The notes beneath the pieces are model-generated. The model saw only the letters and a list, made by a program, of their open reading frames with translations. It did not search any database and was not told where the DNA came from. From NCBI RefSeq assembly GCF_009914755.1, contig NC_060933.1: DNA of 64,000 nt; one strand, written 5' to 3'. Both the position numbers and the translations under genes were made by a program. Shown one piece after another: positions 56,491-64,000 of the stretch. This stretch comes from the human T2T-CHM13v2.0 reference genome, Homo sapiens. The stretch's first letter is position 1, and each line of letters begins with the position of its first letter.

Positions 56491-58289
56491 TTCATTCCAT
56501 TCCACTCCATTCGATTCCATTCCATTCCCTTCCACTCGGGTAGATTCCATTCCATTCCATTCCATTCAATTCCATTCCACTCCATTCCATTCCATTCGGG
56601 TAGATTCCATTACATTCCATTCAATTGCATTCCATCCCATTCCATTCAACTCGGGAAGTGTCCATTCCATTCCATTCCATTCCCTTCCATTTCATTCCAA
56701 TTCTTTCCATTCCATTTCATTCCATAACAATCGGGTTGATTAAATTCCATTGCATTCCATTCCGTTCCATTCCATTCGGGGTGATTCCATTCAATTCCTT
56801 TCCATCCTATTCCATTCCATTCCATTCCACTCGTGTTTATTCCATTCCATTCCATACCATTTCATTCCATTCCATTCCAATCGATTGCATTCCATTCCGT
56901 ACCATTCCATACGGGTTGATTCCATTCCATTCCAATCCATTCCATTTCATTCCATTCAGTTGATTCCATTCCATTCCATTCTACTCCATTCCATTCCATT
57001 GCATTCCACTCCATTCCACTCCACTCTGGTTGATTCCATTGCATTCCATTCTATTCCATTCAGTTGATTCCATTTCATTCCATTCCGTTTCATTCCAGTC
57101 CGCTCCATTCGATTCTATTCCATTCCATTCCATTCCATTTCATTTGGATAGGTTCCATTCCATTCCATTCCGTTCCATTGCACTCAGGTTGATTCCAATC
57201 CATTCCATTCCATTCCATTCCATTGCATTCCATTCCATTCCATTGCATTCCATTCCATTCCATTCCATTCCATTCCATTCCATTCCATTCCATTGCATTC
57301 CATTCCATTCCACTCCATTCCATTCCTTTCTTTTCCTTTCCATTCCACTCTGGTTGATTCAATTACATTCCGTTCCATTCAATTCCTTTCCATTCCATTC
57401 CACTCGGGTTTTTTCCATTCCACTCAATTCCTATCCATTCCATATAATTCCATTCCATTCCATTCCATTCCAGTTCATTCCATTCAATTCCATTCCATTC
57501 CATTCCATTCCATTCCATTCCATTGCATTCCATTCCAATCCATTCTATTCCATTCCATTCCATTCCACTCGGGTTGATTCCACTCCATTCCAATTCATTA
57601 TATTCCATTCCAGTAAATTCCATTGATTCCATTCCATTCTATTCCATTCCACTAGGGTTGATTCCATTCCATTCCAATCCATTCCTTTCCATTCCATTCC
57701 AAGTGTGTTGAATAAATTCCATTTCATTTCGTTCCATTCCATTCTATTCCGTTCCATTCCATTCCATTTCATTCCATTCCATTCCATTCCATGCCATTCC
57801 ATTCCATTCCATGCCATTCCACTCGGGTTGATTCCAATCCATTCCATTCCGTTCCATTTCATTCCATTCCATTCCACAGGAGTTGATTTTATTCCATTCC
57901 AATCCATTTCTTTCCACTCCACTGCATTCGATTCCATTACTTTCCATTCCATTTCATTCCATTCCATTCCACTGGAGTTGATTTTATTCCATTCCAATCC
58001 ATTTCTTTCCAGTCCACTGCTTTCGATTCCATTCCTTTCCATTCCATTCGGTAGTTTCCATTCCATTCCATTCCATTCCATTCTATTCCATTCCATTCCA
58101 TTCCATTCCATTCCACTCAGGTTCACTCGATTCCATTCCATTCCTTTCGTTTCCATTCCAATCCAGTTGATTCCATTCCGTTGAATTCCATTCCATTCCA
58201 TTCCGTTACACTCGGGTTCTTGCCATTCCATTCCATTCCATTCCAATCCATTCCATTCCATTCCATTCCATTCCATTCCATTCCATTCC

Positions 58290-61190
58290 TTTCCATTCCA
58301 TTCCACTCGGGTTGTTTCCATTCCATTCCATTCCATTCCATTCCATTCCATTCCATTCCATGCCAGTCCATTGCGCTTGGTTTGATTCCATTCCATTACA
58401 TTCCAATCCATTTCATTCAATTCCATTTCATTGCTTTCCATTCCATTCCATTCGATTCCATTCCACTCCACTCCACTCCACTCAGTTTGATTCCATTTCC
58501 TTCAATTCCATTCCATTACCTTCCATTCCACTCGGGTTGATTCCATTCCATTCCATTCCATTCCATTCCATTCCATTCCATTCCATTCCATTCGTTATGA
58601 TTCCATTCCATTCCATTCGTTATGATTCCATTCCATTCCATTCCATTCCATTCCATTCCATTCCATTCCATTCCATTCCATTCCATTCCGGATGATTCCA
58701 TTCCATTCCATTCCATTCCATTCCACTCTGTTTGATTCACTTTCATTCAATTCCATTCCACGCGATTTGATTCCATTCCATTCTATTCCGTTTCATTCCA
58801 TTCCACGCCATAGAATTCCTTTCCATTCCATTCCATTCGGGTACTTTCCATTCCATTCCATTCCATTCAATTCCATTCCATTCAATTCCATTCTGGTAGA
58901 TTCCATTCAATTCCATTCCATTCCATTCCATTCCATTGCACTCGGGTTGATTCCATTCCTTTCCATTCAACTCGATTCCATTCCATTCCATTCCATTCCA
59001 TTCCATTGCATTCCATTCCAATCCATTCCATTGCATTCCATTCCAATCCATTCCATTCCATTCCATTCCACTCGTGTTTTTTCCATTCCATTCCATTCCA
59101 TTCCGTTCCGTTCCGTTCCATTCCATTCCATTCCATTCCAATACATTCCCTTCTATTCCACTCAGGTTGATTCCATTCCTTTCCATTCCACTCGATTACA
59201 TTCCCTCCCATTCCACTCGGAATGATTCCATTCCATTCCATTCCATTGCATTCCATTCCAGTACATTCCATTCCATTCCATTCCATGTGAATTGATTCCA
59301 TTCCATTCCATTCCATTCCATTCCATTCCATTCCATTCCATTCCATTCCGTTCCATTGAATTAAATTCCATTCCATTCGGGTTGATTCTATTCAATTCCT
59401 TTACACTCCATTCCATTCCACACAATTCCATTCCATTCCTTTCCATTCCATTCCATTCCATTCCATTCCATGCCATTACATTCGGGTTTATTCCATTCCA
59501 CTCCATTCCACTCGGGTTGGTTCCATTCCAATCCATTCCATTCTAATTCATTCCTTTATACTCGATTCCATTCCATTCCATTTGGGTTGATTCTATTCCG
59601 TTGCGTTCCATTCCATTCCATTTCATTCTATTCCATTCCATTCCATTCCATTCCAATCCTTTCCATTCCTTTCCATTCCATTGCTTTACACTTTGTTTCA
59701 CTCCATTCCATTCCATTCCGTTCCATTCCATTCCATTCCATTCCATTCCATTCCATTCCATTCCATTCCATTCCTTTCCATTACATTCCACTCGGGTTGT
59801 TTCCATTCCATTCCATTCCATTCCATTCCATTCCATTCCATTCCATGCCAGTCCATTGCGCTTGGTTTGATTCCATTCCATTACATTCCAATCCATTTCA
59901 TTCAATTCCATTTCATTGCTTTCCATTCCATTCCATTCGATTCCATTCCACTCCACTCCACTCCACTCAGTTTGATTCCATTTCCTTTAATTCCATTCCA
60001 TTACCTTCCATTCCACTCGGGTTGATTCCATTCCATTCCATTCCATTCGATTCCATTCCATTCCATTCCATTCCATTCCATTCGTTATGATTCCATTCCA
60101 TTCCATTCCATTCCATTCCATTCCATTCCATTCCGGATGATTCCATTCCATTCCATTCCATTCCACTCTGTTTGATTCACTTTCATTCAATTCCATTCCA
60201 CGCGATTTGATTCCATTCCATTCTATTCCGTTTCATTCCATTCCACGCCATAGAATTCCTTTCCATTCCATTCCATTCGGGTACTTTCCATTCCATTCCA
60301 TTCCATTCAATTCTATTCCATTCAATTCCATTCTGGTAGATTCCATTCAATTCCATTCCATTCCATTCCATTCCATTGCACTCGGGTTGATTCCATTCCT
60401 TTCCATTCAACTCGATTCCATTCCATTCCATTCCATTCCATTCCATTGCATTCCATTCCAATCCATTCCATTGCATTCCATTCCAATCCATTCCATTCCA
60501 TTCCATTCCACTCGTGTTTTTTCCATTCCATTCCATTCCATTCCGTTCCGTTCCATTCCATTCCATTCCATTCCATTCCAATACATTCCCTTCTATTCCA
60601 CTCAGGTTGATTCCATTCCTTTCCATTCCACTCGATTACATTCCCTCCCATTCCACTCGGAATGATTCCATTCCATTCCATTCCATTGCATTCCATTCCA
60701 GTCCATTCCATTCCATTCCATTCCATGTGAATTGATTCCATTCCATTCCATTCCATTCCATTCCATTCCATTCCATTCCGTTCCATTGAATTAAATTCCA
60801 TTCCATTCGGGTTGATTCTATTCAATTCCTTTACACTCCATTCCATTCCACACAATTCCATTCCATTCCTTTCCATTCCATTCCATTCCATTCCATTCCA
60901 TTCCATTACATTCGGGTTTATTCCATTCCACTCCATTCCTCTCGGGTTGGTTCCATTCCAATCCATTCCATTCTAATTCATTCCTTTATACTCGATTCCA
61001 TTCCATTCCACTTGGGTTGATTCCATTCCGTTGCGTTCCATTCCATTCCATTTCATTCTATTCCATTCCATTCCATTCCATTCCAATCCTTTCCATTCCT
61101 TTCCATTCCATTGCTTTACACTTTGTTTCACTCCATTCCATTCCATTCCGTTCCATTCCATTCCATTCCATTCCATTCCATTCCATTCCA
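58290..61190 (-). repeat. ~1.44-kb tandem duplication
   Basis: TGCCAGTCCATTGCGCTTGG 58361/59846; TTCCATGTGAATTGA 59281/60721; TTGCTTTACACTTTGTTTCA 59681/61111. Near-identical ORF translations at 58743 and 60183 (offset 1440). Confidence 0.9.
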
Positions 61191-64000
61191 TTCCTCTCGG
61201 GTAGATTCCATTCCATTCGATTCCATTCCATTCCATTCCATTCCATTCCATTCCATTCCATTCCATTCCATTCAATTCCATTTCATTCCTTTTCTTTCCA
61301 TTGCATTCCATTCCATTCCATTCCATTTGGGTTGACTCCATTCGATTCCATTCCGTTGCTTTCCATTCCATTCCATTCCATTCCATTCCATTCCATTCCA
61401 TACAATTCCATTCCATTCCTTTCCATTCTATTGAACTCGGGTTGATTCCATTGCATTTTCTTCCATTCCATTCCATTCCATACCATTCCATTCCATTCCA
61501 CTTGTGTTTATTCCATTCCATTCCAGTTGATTCCATTCCATTCTAATCCATTCCATTCCATGCCATTTCACTCGGGTTGTTTCCATTCCAATACTTTCCC
61601 TTCCATTCCATTCCATTCCACTCACGTTGATTCCATTCCTTTCCATTCCACTCCATTGCATTCCCTTCCATTCCACTCGGAGTCATTCCATTCCATTCCA
61701 TTGCATTCCATTCCAATCCACTTCTTTCCATTCCATTCCACTCGATTTGATTTCATTCCATTCCATTCCATTCCATTCCTTTCAGGTTGATTCTATTGCA
61801 ATTCCTTTCACCACCATTGCACTCCATTCCATTTTACACCTTTCAATTCCATTCCATTCCATTCCAATCGGTTTGATTCCATTTCATTCCATTTCATTCC
61901 ATTCTGTTATTTTCCGTTCCATTCCATTCCATTCCATTCCATTCCATTCCATTCCGTTCCATTCTATGCAATTCCACTCGGGTTGATTCCATTCCATTTC
62001 ATTCCATTCCGTTTCATTCCATTGCATTCCACAGGAGTTAATTCCATTGCATTCCATTCCATATCATTCCCCGCCACTCCTTTCGATTCAATTCCATTCC
62101 ATTCCATTCGGGTAATTTCCATTCCCTTCCATTCCCTTCTATTCCTTTCCACTCAGGTTGACATGATTCCATTCCTTTGCCTTCCATTCCATTACACTTG
62201 CTTGATTCCATTCCATTCTATTCCGTTCCATTCCATTCCATTCCCTTCCATTGCACTCGGGTTGATTCAGTTCCATTCCGTTCCATTCCACGCCAGTTGA
62301 TTCCATTCCATTCCATTCCCTTTCATTCCATTCCACTCCATTCGATTGGATTCCATTCCATTCCATTCAGGTATATTCCATTCCATTCCATTCTATTCCA
62401 TTCCTTTCCATTCGGGTAGATTTCATTCCATTGAATTCCATTCCATTCCCTTCCATTCCACTCGGGTTGTTTCCATTCCATTCAATTCCATTCCACTGCA
62501 TTTAATTCCATTCCGTTCCATTCCTTTCCAGTTGATTCCATTCCATTCAATTCCATTCCAATGCATTCCATTCCATTCCATTCCATTCCATTCCACTCCA
62601 TTCCATTCCATTCCGTTCCGTTCCGTTCCATTCCGTTCCATTCCATTCTATTCCATTCCAATCCATTCCCTTCTATTCCACTCGGGTTGATTCCATTCCT
62701 TTCCATTCCACTCGATTACATTCCCTCCCATTCCACTCGGAATGATTCCATTCCATTCCATTCCATTGTATTCAATTCCAATCCATTCCATTCCATTCCA
62801 TTCCATGTGAATTGATTCCATTCCATTCCATTCCATTCCATTCCATTCCATTCCATTCCGTTCCATTCCACTAAATTCCATTCCATTCGGGTTGATTCTA
62901 TTCAATTCCTTTACACTCCATTCCATTCCACACAATTCCATTCCATTCCATTCCATTCCATTCCATTCTATACCATTCCATGCCATTACATTCGGGTTTA
63001 TTCCATTCCACTCCATTCCACTCGGGTTGGTTCCATTCCAATCAATTCCATTCTAATTCATTCCTTTATACTCGATTCCATTCCATTCCATTTGGGTTGA
63101 TTCCATTCCATTGCGTTCCATTCCATTCCATTTCATTCCATTCCATTCCATTCCATTCCATTCCATTCCATTCCATTCCAATCCTTTCCATTCCTTTCCA
63201 TTCCATTGCTTTACACTTTGTTTCACTCCATTCCATTCCATTCCTTTCCATTCCATTCCAATCCATTCCATTCCATTCCATTCCATTCCTCTCGGGTAGA
63301 TTCCATTCCATTCGATTCCATTCCATTCCATTCCATTCCATTCCATTCCATTCCATTCCATTCAATTCCATTTCATTCCATTTCATTCCTTTTCTTTCCA
63401 TTGCATTCCATTCCATTCCATTCTATTTGGGTTGATTCCATTCGATTCCATTCCATTGCTTTCCATTCCATTCCATTCCATTCCATTCCATTCCATTCCA
63501 TTCCATTCCATACAATTCCATTCCATTCCTTTCCATTCCATTGAACTAGGGTTGATTCCATTGCATTGTCTTCCATTCCATTCCATTCCATACCATTCCA
63601 TTCCATTCCACTCGTGTTTACTCCATTCCATTCCAGTTGATTCCATTCCATTCTAATCCATTCCATTCCATGCCATTTCACTCGGGTTGTTTCCATTCCA
63701 ATACTTTCCCTTCCATTCCATTCCATTCCACTCACGTTGATTCCATTCCTTTCCATTCCACTCCATTGCATTCCCTTCCATTCCACTCGGAGTGATTCCA
63801 CTCCATTCCATTCCATTCCATTGCATTCCATTCCAATCCACTTCTTTCCATTCCATTCCACTCGATTTGATTTCATTCCATTCCGTTCCATTCCATTCCT
63901 TTCAGGTTGATTCTATTCAATTCCTTTCACCACCATTGCACTCCATTCCATTTTACACCTTTCAATTCCATTCCATTCCATTCCAATCGGTTTGATTCCA
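60580..64000 (-). repeat. ~2.1-kb spaced duplication overlapping the 1.44-kb unit
   Basis: TTCCATGTGAATTGA 60721/62801; CTCACGTTGA 61621/63731; CACCACCATTGCACTCC near 61809/63928. The second copy runs off the window end. Confidence 0.85.

Larger units (their letters stand above)
13206..64000 (-). repeat. Satellite III (HSat3) array, CATTC on + (GGAAT strand on -)
   Basis: Continuous diverged (CATTC)n with recurrent CCACTCGGGTTGATTCC. No further orientation change and no non-satellite insert was seen up to the window end. Confidence 0.97.

Noticed and set aside
17-63995. Hundreds of ORFs (MEWNG- and FHSIP-repeat peptides), up to 447 aa at 46318..47661(-) and 409 aa at 39404..40633(+)
   Set aside because: Pure (GGAAT)n has no stop codon in any frame on either strand and supplies an ATG every 5 bp. 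Overlapping ORFs in all frames with the same pentapeptide are the expected artefact, with no domain or gene structure.
1-64000. CRISPR-like array (recurrent CAACCCGAGT motif separated by variable sequence)
   Set aside because: The intervening sequence is itself GGAAT repeat of irregular length, not unique spacers. There are no cas genes, and the context is primate satellite DNA.
1-64000. HSat2, alpha satellite/CENP-B boxes, Alu/L1 insertions, EWS-FLI1-type (GGAA)n microsatellite
   Set aside because: No dominant CATTCGATTC/GATGA pattern, no 171-bp monomer, no poly(A) tail or complex insert was seen. The period is 5 bp, not 4.
1-64000. Assignment to a specific chromosome, species or HSat3 subfamily (e.g. 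DYZ1, chr9, acrocentric short arm)
   Set aside because: This needs k-mer classification or alignment. No regular 3.6-kb DYZ1-like period is evident, and I cannot support a specific call by eye.

Overview
This window is eukaryotic heterochromatin, not a gene-bearing or prokaryotic region. It is essentially all human/great-ape-type Satellite III (HSat3): a diverged (GGAAT)n/(CATTC)n pentamer array punctuated by the CAACCCGAGT / ACTCGGGTTG motif. Every ORF in the track (MEWNG / FHSIP repeats) is an artefact of translating a pentamer repeat. The one sharp structural feature is a strand switch. Positions 1-13145 carry GGAAT on +, and 13206-64000 carry GGAAT on -. The two convergent arrays are joined by a 60-bp insert of ten hexamers (13146-13205) that grade from degenerate GAACCN to three perfect TAACCC telomeric units. 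This is an interstitial telomeric sequence sitting exactly at a satellite inversion breakpoint, and it contains a canonical telomeric G-quadruplex motif. The arrays are a patchwork of nested duplications (about 0.18, 0.35, 0.47, 0.54, 1.4, 1.6, 1.8, 2.1, 2.9, 3.1 and 4.1 kb). Diagnostic variant strings show inverted homology between the left array and ~56-58.5 kb, and a direct match between ~18.7-19.9 kb and ~52.2-53.5 kb. Duplication boundaries were read by eye and are approximate. Species, chromosome and HSat3 subfamily cannot be fixed without a search.
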